Made by a program: the position numbers and the translations under genes
In this document: positions 8,099 to 17,965 of the stretch, piece by piece
Layout: each line of letters begins with the position of its first letter
Numbering within the stretch: position 1 is the first letter of the stretch
Notes under the pieces: model-generated
Told to the model about the DNA's origin: nothing
Databases searched by the model: none
The model's input: the letters and a program-made list of their open reading frames with translations, nothing else
NCBI GenBank assembly: GCA_964621125.1
Contig: CAZUKZ010000003.1
Location: 1-50,342 of the forward strand
DNA from: Candidatus Woesearchaeota archaeon
GTDB taxonomy: Archaea > Nanobdellota > Nanobdellia > SCGC-AAA011-G17 > GW2011-AR17
Reading direction: 5' to 3'
Length of the DNA stretch: 50,342 nt

Positions 8099-10027
8099 TT
8101 ATAAATCTTTCTTCAATTTTTGCCTTAATTTTCTTATAACATCCTTTCTTAGCTTACTTTTGTCAAAATAGAATGCATCTAGCCCTGCTTTTTTGGCATT
8201 AATCACATCCATCTCCCAGTTATCCCCTATATGGAGAACTTCAGAAGGTTTGACCTTCAATCTCTTGGCAACTTTAAGATAAAATCCTTTTGTCTTACCA
8301 GGGATGTTGAAACTGTCTATTGAAGAAAATACGTAATCGAAGTATTTTTTATTATTTCCTAGTTCTATCTCAATGAAATCATTTGTTGTTGATGAGGATA
8401 TGATAAGGATTACTTTATCTTTCAAATTTCCTAAAATCTCCTTTCCATCTTCGAAAAAATAGGGTTTATTTAAGATTAGCCTAACCAACCCCTTAAAACT
8501 CAAGTCAAGGCCTAACTCCTTCAACCAGTAATCAATGGAATAATATCTGTAATTATACTTACCAAACTTCTTGAACAAACCTTTTACCTCATTTAAACTG
8601 TTCAAAAGAAAAATGGTATCTTGAGGAGGGACTTCAATCATTAAAGGATACAGCAAAGTTTGCATCTTGATATTCTGGTTCATATATTCATTCATGAAAT
8701 GTTCGTACATTACCCTTTCCTGAACAACATGTTGGTCTATCAGTAATAACCCGTCCTCCACTTCAGCTATGAAAAATGTTTTCATAACTTGACATAAAAC
8801 TTTCATCTCAGGAAGCTTAGTTTTTTGCACTCTCTCCTCAGGCATTTTGTTAGCCCATGCATTCTCTAGTCTTATAGTTTCTTCCTGACCAACATTAGAA
8901 GCAACGTTAAGCAATGTACTGTTGCCCTTATCAGAAATGAAATAGTTCTTTTCTTTCTTTTTGGGGGTTGACTGCACTTCAAGGTCATTCAAACCGAACT
9001 GTGTGTCCTTCTCGAGTTCTGAATAATCTGTTATCAAACTGTTCTTCTGTAGAGTCTGCCTTACTGCATCAAAGACCATATCATAAACCTTGGCATTTTC
9101 TTCAAACTTTATACGGTCTTTAGTTGGATGAACATTGACGTCTATTACGTGAGGGTCAAGCCTTATGTTCAGTACAACCACTGGATGCCTATTCACAAAA
9201 AGTAAAGTATGATAAGCGTCATACAGGGCTTGTGATATATGCTCATCCTTAACGTACCGCCCATTGACATAGATAGCCTGCATACCTTTATCCGATTTCA
9301 ACAATGAAGGCTTTGATATAAAACCGTTGGCAGAAAAGAAATCATTCTCATATTCCACTTCAAGCAGCTGCTTTGCAATCTCTACCCCATAGACAGACGC
9401 TATGTTATTCAGCATATCTTCTGAAGAAGGACTGTTTACAAGAGTGTGGCCATTATGTACGAGTTTTATCGATACATGAGGATTTATCAACGCGTACTTC
9501 GTAACAATGTCGGTAATATTCTTCAGCTCATTGCTTTCTGACCTCATGAACTTCAGTCTTGCAGGAGTGTTGAAAAATAAGTCTCTCACTTCAACAACAG
9601 TACCTTTAGGTGTACCTTTAGGATTACAACTTATTATATTTCCCCCCTCCACCTCCAGTTCTATACCTTCAAGTGAAGAATCATTTTTTGTCGTAAGAAA
9701 CATATGAGATACGGCGGCGATAGAAGCCAACGCCTCCCCCCTAAAACCCAATGTGTTTATCCTGAAAAGGTCATTATCTTCCTTTATCTTACTCGTCGCA
9801 TGCCTTAAAATTGAAAGCTTGGCATCCTCTGCCGACATCCCTGAACCATCATCTGAGACTCTTATCAACCTCTTTCCGTAATCCTCTATCGTAACATCTA
9901 TCTTTGTAGAGCTGGCATCCAAGGAATTCTCAACCAACTCTTTCACAACCGAAGCAGGACGTTCTATAACTTCCCCAGCAGCGATCTTATTTATCAGCCT
10001 CTCATCCAGTACATTTATTAGTGTCAT
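8099..10027 (-). CDS. mutL: DNA mismatch repair protein MutL, C-terminally truncated and fused to a HAD-like hydrolase fragment
   Basis: N-terminal GHKL ATPase (AAGEVIERPASVVKELVENSLDA). The C-terminal domain starts with DQHVVQERVMYE (DQHAx2Ex4E). The last ~140 aa carry HAD motifs II-IV (IISSST, PGKTK, HIGDNWEMDVINAKKAG). See findings. Confidence 0.9.
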   Translation of the reverse strand: MTLINVLDERLINKIAAGEVIERPASVVKELVENSLDASSTKIDVTIEDYGKRLIRVSDDGSGMSAEDAKLSILRHATSKIKEDNDLFRINTLGFRGEALASIAAVSHMFLTTKNDSSLEGIELEVEGGNIISCNPKGTPKGTVVEVRDLFFNTPARLKFMRSESNELKNITDIVTKYALINPHVSIKLVHNGHTLVNSPSSEDMLNNIASVYGVEIAKQLLEVEYENDFFSANGFISKPSLLKSDKGMQAIYVNGRYVKDEHISQALYDAYHTLLFVNRHPVVVLNIRLDPHVIDVNVHPTKDRIKFEENAKVYDMVFDAVRQTLQKNSLITDYSELEKDTQFGLNDLEVQSTPKKKEKNYFISDKGNSTLLNVASNVGQEETIRLENAWANKMPEERVQKTKLPEMKVLCQVMKTFFIAEVEDGLLLIDQHVVQERVMYEHFMNEYMNQNIKMQTLLYPLMIEVPPQDTIFLLNSLNEVKGLFKKFGKYNYRYYSIDYWLKELGLDLSFKGLVRLILNKPYFFEDGKEILGNLKDKVILIISSSTTNDFIEIELGNNKKYFDYVFSSIDSFNIPGKTKGFYLKVAKRLKVKPSEVLHIGDNWEMDVINAKKAGLDAFYFDKSKLRKDVIRKLRQKLKKDL

Positions 10028-12499
10028 TTATACCTCCCACAAAGTCTTTTGTTCTACTAGTTTCTTTGCATCTATCCTCTTCATCATCTCATCTTTCTCT
10101 TCTAGCTTACATTGTATTTCTCGAGCTCTTTCTAAAACATCCAAAGGTAAGCCTGCAATCTTTGCAACATGCACACCGTAACTTTTATCAGTCCCACCTT
10201 CCATGAGCTTGTGTAAAAATACTATTTCATCATCTTTTTCATTAACAGCAATGTTAAAATTCCTTATCCTTTCAAATTGTAGTTCTAGCTTGTTCAATAC
10301 ATGATAATGGGTTGCAAACATTGTCTTTGCCTTTATTCTATTATATATGAATTCCACAATACTCCAGGCCAAGGAAACTCCATCGAACGTCGAAGTACCT
10401 CGCCCAATTTCATCTAAGATTATTAAACTGTTCTCTGATGCGTTATTAAGTATATTTGCGGCCTCAATCATCTCCACCATGAACGTAGACTGACCCATTG
10501 TCAAGTCATCGTATGCTCCGACTCTAGTGAATATCCTATCTACAGGCTTTATTTTCGCTTCAGTTGCAGCACAAAAACATCCTGCTTGCGCCATCAAAAC
10601 ATTCAAAGCTACTTGTCTTAACACTGTACTCTTTCCAGCCATATTGGGGCCAGTTATCATCATTATCTCACTATCTTTCAACAGAATATCATTAGGGATG
10701 AACTCATTTTCTAGCTGCTCCACTACAGGATGCCTTGATTCTTTTAAGGAAATACCTCCACCCTTACCCATTACTGGCTTAATATAACCATTTTCTGCAG
10801 AAACTTTTGCAAATGATAACAGGACGTCTAGTGTAGCGATTTTACTTGCTGCATCCTGGACAGGTTTAGTACTGTATGAAACTTTATTGATTATACTCTG
10901 GAATATCTCATACTCTAATGCAACAATCTTATCCTGAGCTCCAAGGATTAGTGCTTCCTGCTCCTTCAACTCTTCGGTTATAAACCTTTCTGAATTTACT
11001 CTAGTCTGTTTTCGGGTATAATTTTCAGGGACAAGATGGAGGTTAGATTTAGACACCTCTATGAAGTATCCGAATACTTTGTTGAAACTTATCTTCAAAT
11101 ATTTTATTCCGGTTTTTTCCTTTTCCCTTTCCTCTATACCTTGGATAAATTTTTTCCCATTTGTTTTTATGTTATAAAGTTTTTTTAACTCCTCGTTGAA
11201 ATCATGCTTGATAAAATTTCCATCCCTCAATGTGATAGGAGGATCTTCTTTAATCGATGAATCTAACAGGTTTACTAAAATAGAAAAGTCTTCAAAGGCG
11301 ACAAGTTTTGATAAAAGTTTATTGTCTATTGTTGCAAGCCTCTGGCTTATGAAAGGCAAGCTTTTCAATGACTGTTTCAGAGCTATAAGGTCTCTTGCGT
11401 TGGCGCTCCCGTAATTCACTCTAGAAATAAGACGTTCCATATCGTTGACATCTTTCAGTATGTTGAGGAGTTCACCTCTTAAGATTATGTTTGCCTTTAA
11501 TGTCTGAACAGCGTCTAGCCGGGAATTAATCTTGTCTAGGTCAAGCAATGGTTGTACTAACCATTTCCTTATTAGCCTGGATCCCATAGGCGTTATTGTC
11601 TTGTCGATAACTGAAAGCAAAGTTCCTCTTGAAGAATTGTCTCTTATGTTATTGAGAATTTCCAAATTTCGCAATGTACCTGAGTCCAAAGTCATGAATG
11701 AATTATCCTTGATTAAAGAAATCTTATTTATGTGATTTAAATCAGCCATCTGAGTCTCACGCAAGTATGTGAGCAAAGCTCCTGCCGCGTTTATTGCTGT
11801 AGAACCCGCAAAAATTCCGAACCCATCAAGCATCGTAACGTTAAGCTGTCGAGTTAATCTTCTTAATGAATTATCATACTGGAAATGCCTATCATCAAAA
11901 TCTGTTACGAACGTACCTATCTTTTTCAACGAATCAGCGATATCCTTATTCACCCCAAGGGTTAGCGGGACTATGCACTCTTTTGGATTAAATTTCGTAA
12001 GTATATTGTTCAATGTAGATAGATCCTTATTTTCCTCCACCACAAATTCCCCTGTAGACATATCGCATAATGCTAAGGAATACTTATCGCCTTTTACATA
12101 CAATGAAGAGATGTAGTTATTTGTCTTTGCGTTAAGAATTGATGATTCTATAATTGTACCAGGAGTGACAATCCTTACCACATCCCTCTTTACAAGACCT
12201 TTTGCCAACTTTGGGTCCTCCACTTGCTCAACTATAACAACCTTATGGCCTTTGTTCACTAACTTAGCCAGGTATGTCTCTAAGGCGTGGAAAGGTATGC
12301 CTGCTAAAGGAGCTTTCTTCTCTCCAGAACCTCTTGATGTTAATGTTATCTCTAGGTCTCTTGCTGCTGTAACTGCATCGTCATAGAAAGTCTCATAGAA
12401 ATCACCCATCCTAAATAGGACTAAGCAATCTGGGTGTTTCTGCTTAATAGAAACGTACTGCCTCATTGCAGGCGTAAGTTTAGATATGTCTATTTCCAT
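10028..12499 (-). CDS. mutS: DNA mismatch repair protein MutS (MutS1 type)
   Basis: N-terminal mismatch-binding TPAMRQY..K..HPD.LVLFRMGDFYETF. Walker A GPNMAGKST and the DEIGRGTST motif are present. Its stop abuts the mutL start codon. Confidence 0.95.
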   Translation of the reverse strand: MEIDISKLTPAMRQYVSIKQKHPDCLVLFRMGDFYETFYDDAVTAARDLEITLTSRGSGEKKAPLAGIPFHALETYLAKLVNKGHKVVIVEQVEDPKLAKGLVKRDVVRIVTPGTIIESSILNAKTNNYISSLYVKGDKYSLALCDMSTGEFVVEENKDLSTLNNILTKFNPKECIVPLTLGVNKDIADSLKKIGTFVTDFDDRHFQYDNSLRRLTRQLNVTMLDGFGIFAGSTAINAAGALLTYLRETQMADLNHINKISLIKDNSFMTLDSGTLRNLEILNNIRDNSSRGTLLSVIDKTITPMGSRLIRKWLVQPLLDLDKINSRLDAVQTLKANIILRGELLNILKDVNDMERLISRVNYGSANARDLIALKQSLKSLPFISQRLATIDNKLLSKLVAFEDFSILVNLLDSSIKEDPPITLRDGNFIKHDFNEELKKLYNIKTNGKKFIQGIEEREKEKTGIKYLKISFNKVFGYFIEVSKSNLHLVPENYTRKQTRVNSERFITEELKEQEALILGAQDKIVALEYEIFQSIINKVSYSTKPVQDAASKIATLDVLLSFAKVSAENGYIKPVMGKGGGISLKESRHPVVEQLENEFIPNDILLKDSEIMMITGPNMAGKSTVLRQVALNVLMAQAGCFCAATEAKIKPVDRIFTRVGAYDDLTMGQSTFMVEMIEAANILNNASENSLIILDEIGRGTSTFDGVSLAWSIVEFIYNRIKAKTMFATHYHVLNKLELQFERIRNFNIAVNEKDDEIVFLHKLMEGGTDKSYGVHVAKIAGLPLDVLERAREIQCKLEEKDEMMKRIDAKKLVEQKTLWEV

Positions 12500-12580
12500 C
12501 TTTTTTCCGTAGAAACCGGAAATTTTTATGGATTTAAATAGATTTATGTAGAAAAACTCTTACTTACCAGCAATTAAGCC

Positions 12581-12694
12581 TCACATTAGCCCTAAAGCCT
12601 TCCGAGCTATCCACTTTGCCTTATCTTGTGGCCATGTAGGATGTCTCAGCTGCAAAGCTTGCTGTATTTCCTTTAACTTATCTCTTTCTTCCAT
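12581..12694 (-). CDS. possible 37-aa small protein (MEERDKLKEIQQALQLRHPTWPQDKAKWIARKALGLM)
   Basis: My own translation of the 255-nt gap between pan and mutS. It has an ATG start and a TGA stop. There is no homology evidence and it falls below the ORF-track threshold. Confidence 0.2.
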   Translation of the reverse strand: MEERDKLKEIQQALQLRHPTWPQDKAKWIARKALGLM

Positions 12695-12754
12695 CTAATT
12701 AAACAAGAGGAAAAGAACAATATAAAGTTCTGTTGTAGGAAATGCTACAGCGCT

Positions 12755-13930
12755 TTAACCAAACATATTCATAAAACTGAAATCTTCGTAGTCCTTAGAC
12801 TTGACCTTGTAGATTCCTTTAATCAAATCCTTCTCAGAAACAAGAGTCCTATTATCTCTTAATGCAAAGTAACCAGCTTCTGTACAGGCAGCCTTAATCT
12901 CGGCCCCAGAGTAATCATCAGTTAATTCTGCTAACCGATTAGCATTAAGCTTTGATGTGTTCATATTTTGAGTATAGATCTTAAAGATATTTTTTCGGCT
13001 ATCCTTACAAGGATAACCTATTTCTATGAGCCTATCCAGCCTTCCTGGACGGACTATAGCTTTGTCTAAAATGTTCAGCCTATTGGTTGCAGCTATGACC
13101 TTAACACCACCTAGATTCTTGAAACCGTCAATTTCTGCCAACAATTGCATGAAAGTCCTCTGCACTTCTCTCTCCCCAGAAGTTCCTATATCCATCCTTT
13201 CTGATGCTAAAGCATCTATCTCGTCGATGAAGATTATGGAAGGAGCTTTCTTCTTCGCTAGTTCAAATATCTGTTTTACTAATTTAGCGCCTTCCCCTAT
13301 GAATTTTTGCACTAGCTCTGATGCTACAATTTCAATAAACGTTGCGTTTGTTGAATTAGCAACAGCTTTGGCGAGTAAAGTCTTACCACAGCCCGGTGGG
13401 CCGTGCAACAGAATTCCTTTAGGTGGAGTTATGCCTATCTTTTCAAAAATATGAGGTTTCAATAAAGGATATTCTATTACTTCCTTTATCTCAATTTTCT
13501 GCATATCCAAACCACCAACATCTTTCCACGAATGTGAAGGCTTCTGCATTATGACAAAGTTCTCAGCAGCAAAATCCTTTGAAGCATCAATCTTCTTAAT
13601 TAGTGTTAAAGATTTCTGTTCTGCAAGAACATGATCTCCCGCAGATAAAGACTCTTTAAGATGAGATGATACGTGTACATAAAATACATGTCCATTCGGG
13701 ACCTTGACTAAAGCCCTATCTCCTTGAATATTTTTTACCTCACACATGATAAGGGGAGGTTTCTTAAACTTGTCCATCTCCACTTGCATGCTAGAAACAG
13801 TTGCCTTTAGAAGCTTATTTTCCCTTTCTAAGTCAGACTCCGTCCTGAGTGTATTAGTGGCCAGCGTGAGGAATTCCTGATTGAGCTCAGAAATTCTGTT
13901 ACGCAATGCTTCTGGATTAGTTGTCCCCAT
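12755..13930 (-). CDS. pan: proteasome-activating nucleotidase (AAA+ ATPase, Rpt/PAN family)
   Basis: Coiled-coil N-terminus, an OB segment, Walker A GPPGCGKTLLAKAVA, Walker B IIFIDEIDA, and second-region-of-homology motifs. Confidence 0.9.
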   Translation of the reverse strand: MGTTNPEALRNRISELNQEFLTLATNTLRTESDLERENKLLKATVSSMQVEMDKFKKPPLIMCEVKNIQGDRALVKVPNGHVFYVHVSSHLKESLSAGDHVLAEQKSLTLIKKIDASKDFAAENFVIMQKPSHSWKDVGGLDMQKIEIKEVIEYPLLKPHIFEKIGITPPKGILLHGPPGCGKTLLAKAVANSTNATFIEIVASELVQKFIGEGAKLVKQIFELAKKKAPSIIFIDEIDALASERMDIGTSGEREVQRTFMQLLAEIDGFKNLGGVKVIAATNRLNILDKAIVRPGRLDRLIEIGYPCKDSRKNIFKIYTQNMNTSKLNANRLAELTDDYSGAEIKAACTEAGYFALRDNRTLVSEKDLIKGIYKVKSKDYEDFSFMNMFG

Positions 13931-14115
13931 GATATCCTCTTTTAATTAAAAACAATGGAATGGACTCTGTATTAAAAAGATTTCGATACTGTTTTGATTA
14001 TGAAGGAATTAAGGTATAGTAGATTTTATAAACAAATTAGATTTCCGCAATCTCCGAAAAAAGTATTAGATTATTTAGGAAGGACATTTAAACTGCACTT
14101 CAAAATGATAGTTTT

Positions 14116-14460
14116 ATGGAAGAAAAGACACTGTTCAAGGTGGCCTTAAGTTGCTCTTTGATTGGGATTATTTTCTTATTAATCCTATCAGATATGGTTG
14201 AAGCTGAACCTGTGAACATAAAGGATGTCAATGCAAATTTTTTGGGAAAGGAGATTAAAGTAATTGGGAAGGCTATCAATATTGTTCAGAAGGAAAAGGT
14301 TACTTTCTTTGATATCAAAGGCAATACCGGCATCATTAAAGCTACAGCTTTCAGGAATATAAACGTGGGAGAGGGTAACAAAATTGAAATTTTAGGAAAG
14401 GTGGAAGAGTATAAGGGGAAAATGCAATTAAATGTTAAAATTATAAAACTCATTAAATGA
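14116..14460 (+). CDS. membrane-anchored OB-fold (tRNA_anti-like) protein
   Basis: N-terminal TM followed by a ~80-aa pattern (KVIGKAINI..KVTFFDIKGNTGIIKATAF...IEILGKVEEYKGKMQLNV) typical of OB-fold nucleic-acid-binding domains. Confidence 0.6.
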   Translation: MEEKTLFKVALSCSLIGIIFLLILSDMVEAEPVNIKDVNANFLGKEIKVIGKAINIVQKEKVTFFDIKGNTGIIKATAFRNINVGEGNKIEILGKVEEYKGKMQLNVKIIKLIK

Positions 14461-14554
14461 TTATAAGGCATTTCACGTTCTATATTTAAGTAAAATTCTG
14501 TTTTCTTTTTTAGAACACAAATTCTTATAAAGGATTAATTAACCCCTGGAAAAT

Positions 14555-15412
14555 ATGTTAGGAGATAACTATGTGGAGCATTGGCGCCAAACTGTCAATT
14601 TAGTCTGGGATGTTGAGAGAGTTGTGGATAGCCTTGAAAGGAAGTTTGATGGAGTTATCAAGATACTCGACTGTGCATGCGGTACAGGAGAGTTTGCCAT
14701 CGAGCTTGCTAAAAGAAAAACCAGTATGGATGTTGACTTTCCTGCAATGGGCGGTTTAAGAAAATATGAAGTAGACTGTTCTGATGGTGATAAAAACATG
14801 GTAGAAATAGCCCGAAGGCAAGTTGAAATGTGTGGGTTAGAGATGGCACTAGATCCTAAAGTTATTAAGTGGAAGGATTTAGACAAACGTTTTGAAGGAA
14901 ACTATGATTTCGTTATGATGAGGGGCAATTCTTTGGTGTCTATTAACTCATGGGGGAATGATACTGAAAGTTTAGATTATGAAATAAATGCTGAAAGGGC
15001 CGATAGAGAAATTATTGAAGCAATGAGGGTCATACATGGACAGCTGAGGGAAGGAGGGGTGTTTTACTTTGATATGAGGGGACAATTGGAAGAGCCTGTA
15101 AATGTTCCTAAAACAAGACGAGGATTCAGAACTGAACACGTTTTTGATAAATGTATCGGTGCGGGAAAATTTGAGGGTAAAGAGGCAAGAGTCACCCATG
15201 AAGTTAAATACTTCCCAAGGAATAATGTAAGAAGGATTGTCTCAAGAATCACTATTGGAGACTTTGTAGATGAACAGGTCTTTAATTCTTATCTTCTTCC
15301 TTTTGAGAAAGTAGATTACCTTTTGCAGGAAGCCGGATTCAAAAGAGGAAATATTCGTTGCGTGGCGTTGGATGGTGAAACTTTGTACACCCCTTACCTT
15401 GTCAAGAAGTGA
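14555..15412 (+). CDS. class I SAM-dependent methyltransferase
   Basis: Motif I ILDCACGTGEFAIELA and a downstream acidic motif. The substrate cannot be inferred, and no DNA-MTase catalytic motif is present. Confidence 0.75.
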   Translation: MLGDNYVEHWRQTVNLVWDVERVVDSLERKFDGVIKILDCACGTGEFAIELAKRKTSMDVDFPAMGGLRKYEVDCSDGDKNMVEIARRQVEMCGLEMALDPKVIKWKDLDKRFEGNYDFVMMRGNSLVSINSWGNDTESLDYEINAERADREIIEAMRVIHGQLREGGVFYFDMRGQLEEPVNVPKTRRGFRTEHVFDKCIGAGKFEGKEARVTHEVKYFPRNNVRRIVSRITIGDFVDEQVFNSYLLPFEKVDYLLQEAGFKRGNIRCVALDGETLYTPYLVKK

Positions 15413-15413
15413 G

Positions 15414-17603
15414 TTATAATTTCTTATATTTCAACAATAAAGAGTTAGATACTACACTCACGCTACTGAAAGCCATCGCTGCTCCAGCTATAATAGGAGA
15501 TAATAGCCAGCCTGTAAAAGGATACAAGATGCCTGCAGCTATAGGAATGCCAAGGACATTATAGAATAATGCCCAGAAGAGGTTTTGCTTTATTTTAACC
15601 ATTGTTTGCCTACTGAGACTAATTGATTTTGGCACATCCAACAAATCGTTTCTCATAAGAACAACATTTCCAGTTTCCATCGCAACATCTGTCCCAGAAC
15701 CCATCGCTATGCCAATGTTAGCTTGCGCTAGAGCAGGAGCATCATTTATTCCATCACCAATCATTGCCACTAAACCTTTCCTTTGGAGTTTCTTTACATA
15801 ATCAGCTTTATCTTTAGGAAGGACTTCAACAAAAATATTCCTTATCCCTGCTTGCTTTGCGATGGCTTTTGCTGTCTGCTTGTTATCACCCGTAATCATA
15901 AAAACCTTAAGTCCCATTAATTGGAGTTTCTTAACAGCCAATGAAGATGTCGCTTTGATTGTATCTGCTATTGCCAATACTCCCAAAACTTTCTTATTAT
16001 CAGCAAGAACCATCACAGTTTTTCCTTCTTTTTCTAGATTTAAAACTTTCTTGCCTACCAAACGCATCTCTATATTGTTCTTCGACATGAGCTTAGTATT
16101 TCCGCAATAATATTTAGTTTTACTCACTTTAGCGGTTATGCCATGACCTGGAATTGCCTCAAAAGATGTCACTTTTGCTAATGGCAACCTTAATTGTTTG
16201 GCTCTCTTAACTATTGCTTCTGCTAATGGATGTTCTGAAGGTTTTTCCATACTTGCCGCCAGTTTCAAGAGATCCTTCTCTGATTTCTTTGTTAGAGAGA
16301 CTATGTCAGTTACTTCAGGCGTTCCTTTAGTTATAGTTCCTGTCTTATCAAAGATAACAAACTTAAGCTTATGTGCAATTTCTAAGGCATCTCCCCCTTT
16401 GATTAAAATCCCCTTTCTTGCCCCCTTACCCGTACCAACCATGATTGCTGTGGGTGTTGCAAGACCTAAGGCACAAGGACAAGCTATCACTAACACAGCT
16501 ACTGACACTATCAGAGCAAAAGATAAGGTCTGATTAAGCACAAAAAACCAAACCAAAAATGTCAAAACAGCTATGGCAATAACTATAGGCACAAAATAAG
16601 ATGAAACAATATCAGCAAATCTTTGAATAGGAGCTTTTTTCCCTTGAGCTTCCTCGATTAGCTTTATTATCTGCGATAATGTCGTGTTTTCACCTACTTT
16701 TGTTGCCTTAAACTTAAAACTGCCATGCTTGTTGATTGTCGCACCAATAACATCATCGCCTTTATTTTTAGCTATAGGTATACTTTCACCAGTTACCATA
16801 CTCTCATCTATCGAAGACCCACCCTCAATTATTCTTCCATCAACAGGAATTTTTTCACCAGGCTTAACAATTACAATATCTCCTTCTACAACTTCATCTA
16901 TCTCTATTTTTATTTCTTTACCTTTCCTTATAACAGTAGCAATCTTAGGTGAGAGTCCCACCAATTTTTTTATAGCATCGGATGTTTTTCTTTTGGCTAC
17001 TGCCTCCAACAATCTCCCCATAATTACTAAGGTAATCAAAATTGCCGATGTCTCGAAATACTGTCCAAGTTTGGTATTGAACAATACCGCATAAACACTG
17101 AAAAAGTAAGCTGCAGATGTTCCTAAAGCTACCAAAGAATCCATGTTTGCACTCTTATTTTTCAGTGCATTCCACATCCCCTTGTAAAAAGGCCATCCCA
17201 CAAAAAACTGAATAGGTGTTGCAAGAAGCCACAAGATGTAATCCTGGTAAGGAATTTCAATACCTAACCACATGAAAATCATTCCTATGAAAAAGACAGG
17301 TACTGCAAAAACCAAACTAATAAAAAAACGCTCCTTTAGTACTCTCAATTCCTTTTTCTTAAGCCTTTCGTGATGCTTAAAATCTTCCCCTTGACTCAAG
17401 GTTGCGCCATAACCTTTTTGTTTAATAACCTTTATTAAATCAGATTCTGTCAATCTCTTTTCATCAAATTCTACACTCGCCTTAGAAGTAGAAAAATTAA
17501 CATTTGATCTAATGATTCCCCTCTTTTTCTTTAAAGACCTATTAATAATTGATGCACAGCTGGCACAATGCATTCCATTTATCATTAGTTCCACTTCTTT
17601 CAT
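15414..17603 (-). CDS. copA: copper-translocating P1B-type ATPase
   Basis: N-terminal HMA domain (GMHCASCA), TM CPC motif ([11 protein letters not shown]), DKTGT phosphorylation site, and GDGINDAP hinge. Confidence 0.95.
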   Translation of the reverse strand: MKEVELMINGMHCASCASIINRSLKKKRGIIRSNVNFSTSKASVEFDEKRLTESDLIKVIKQKGYGATLSQGEDFKHHERLKKKELRVLKERFFISLVFAVPVFFIGMIFMWLGIEIPYQDYILWLLATPIQFFVGWPFYKGMWNALKNKSANMDSLVALGTSAAYFFSVYAVLFNTKLGQYFETSAILITLVIMGRLLEAVAKRKTSDAIKKLVGLSPKIATVIRKGKEIKIEIDEVVEGDIVIVKPGEKIPVDGRIIEGGSSIDESMVTGESIPIAKNKGDDVIGATINKHGSFKFKATKVGENTTLSQIIKLIEEAQGKKAPIQRFADIVSSYFVPIVIAIAVLTFLVWFFVLNQTLSFALIVSVAVLVIACPCALGLATPTAIMVGTGKGARKGILIKGGDALEIAHKLKFVIFDKTGTITKGTPEVTDIVSLTKKSEKDLLKLAASMEKPSEHPLAEAIVKRAKQLRLPLAKVTSFEAIPGHGITAKVSKTKYYCGNTKLMSKNNIEMRLVGKKVLNLEKEGKTVMVLADNKKVLGVLAIADTIKATSSLAVKKLQLMGLKVFMITGDNKQTAKAIAKQAGIRNIFVEVLPKDKADYVKKLQRKGLVAMIGDGINDAPALAQANIGIAMGSGTDVAMETGNVVLMRNDLLDVPKSISLSRQTMVKIKQNLFWALFYNVLGIPIAAGILYPFTGWLLSPIIAGAAMAFSSVSVVSNSLLLKYKKL

Positions 17604-17604
17604 A

Positions 17605-17961
17605 TTAGATAGTATCCCTATTATCTTTTATTAATTTGCATCCAGATAGAACACCTAAAGTATACAACTGTTGTTCTCCGGTTAGTTTCCTTTCTCTTAT
17701 ACTCCATGTAGGGTAACTTTGGATTCCTGCAGCTGTACACTCGGACTTCTGTTTATCACAGTCTATGAATTTTATGTACTTGAATGAATTTCCAAACTTT
17801 ACCTTTTGATTCTTACAATGTGAACACCATTCCGTCCCATACATCTTAAGCCCTTTTTCAGTCAAACATTTTGCAAATGTATCATACTTACCTAGGTCAG
17901 AAGAACATCCAGCCAAAGATAAAATCGAAATTAAAAATAAAATATAAAAAACCATTTTCAT
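17605..17961 (-). CDS. thioredoxin-fold lipoprotein (CxxC, VKOR-associated Trx-like type)
   Basis: Start taken at [19 protein letters not shown] (lipobox). Contains [15 protein letters not shown]...IDC...[10 protein letters not shown]. The track's longer ORF overlaps the upstream gene. Confidence 0.65.
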   Translation of the reverse strand: MKMVFYILFLISILSLAGCSSDLGKYDTFAKCLTEKGLKMYGTEWCSHCKNQKVKFGNSFKYIKFIDCDKQKSECTAAGIQSYPTWSIRERKLTGEQQLYTLGVLSGCKLIKDNRDTI

Positions 17962-17965
17962 TTTT

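Noticed and set aside
12755-12790. The PAN C-terminus ends ...NMFG rather than a canonical HbYX (hydrophobic-Tyr-X) tail
   Set aside because: Met-Phe-Gly still fits a hydrophobic-aromatic-X pattern. Without an alignment of relatives and knowledge of the proteasome alpha subunit, this is not a meaningful anomaly.
13931-14115. Searched the long intergenic regions (13931-14115 and 37924-38158) for C/D-box sRNAs or other structured RNAs
   Set aside because: Only weak UGAU-like fragments were found, with no properly spaced C/D/C'/D' boxes or terminal stem. Both regions are AT-rich and better explained as divergent promoters or UTRs.
15862-17094. Several plus-strand ORFs of 75-136 aa within copA
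   Set aside because: They are antisense to a P-type ATPase that has all its canonical motifs, so they are spurious.
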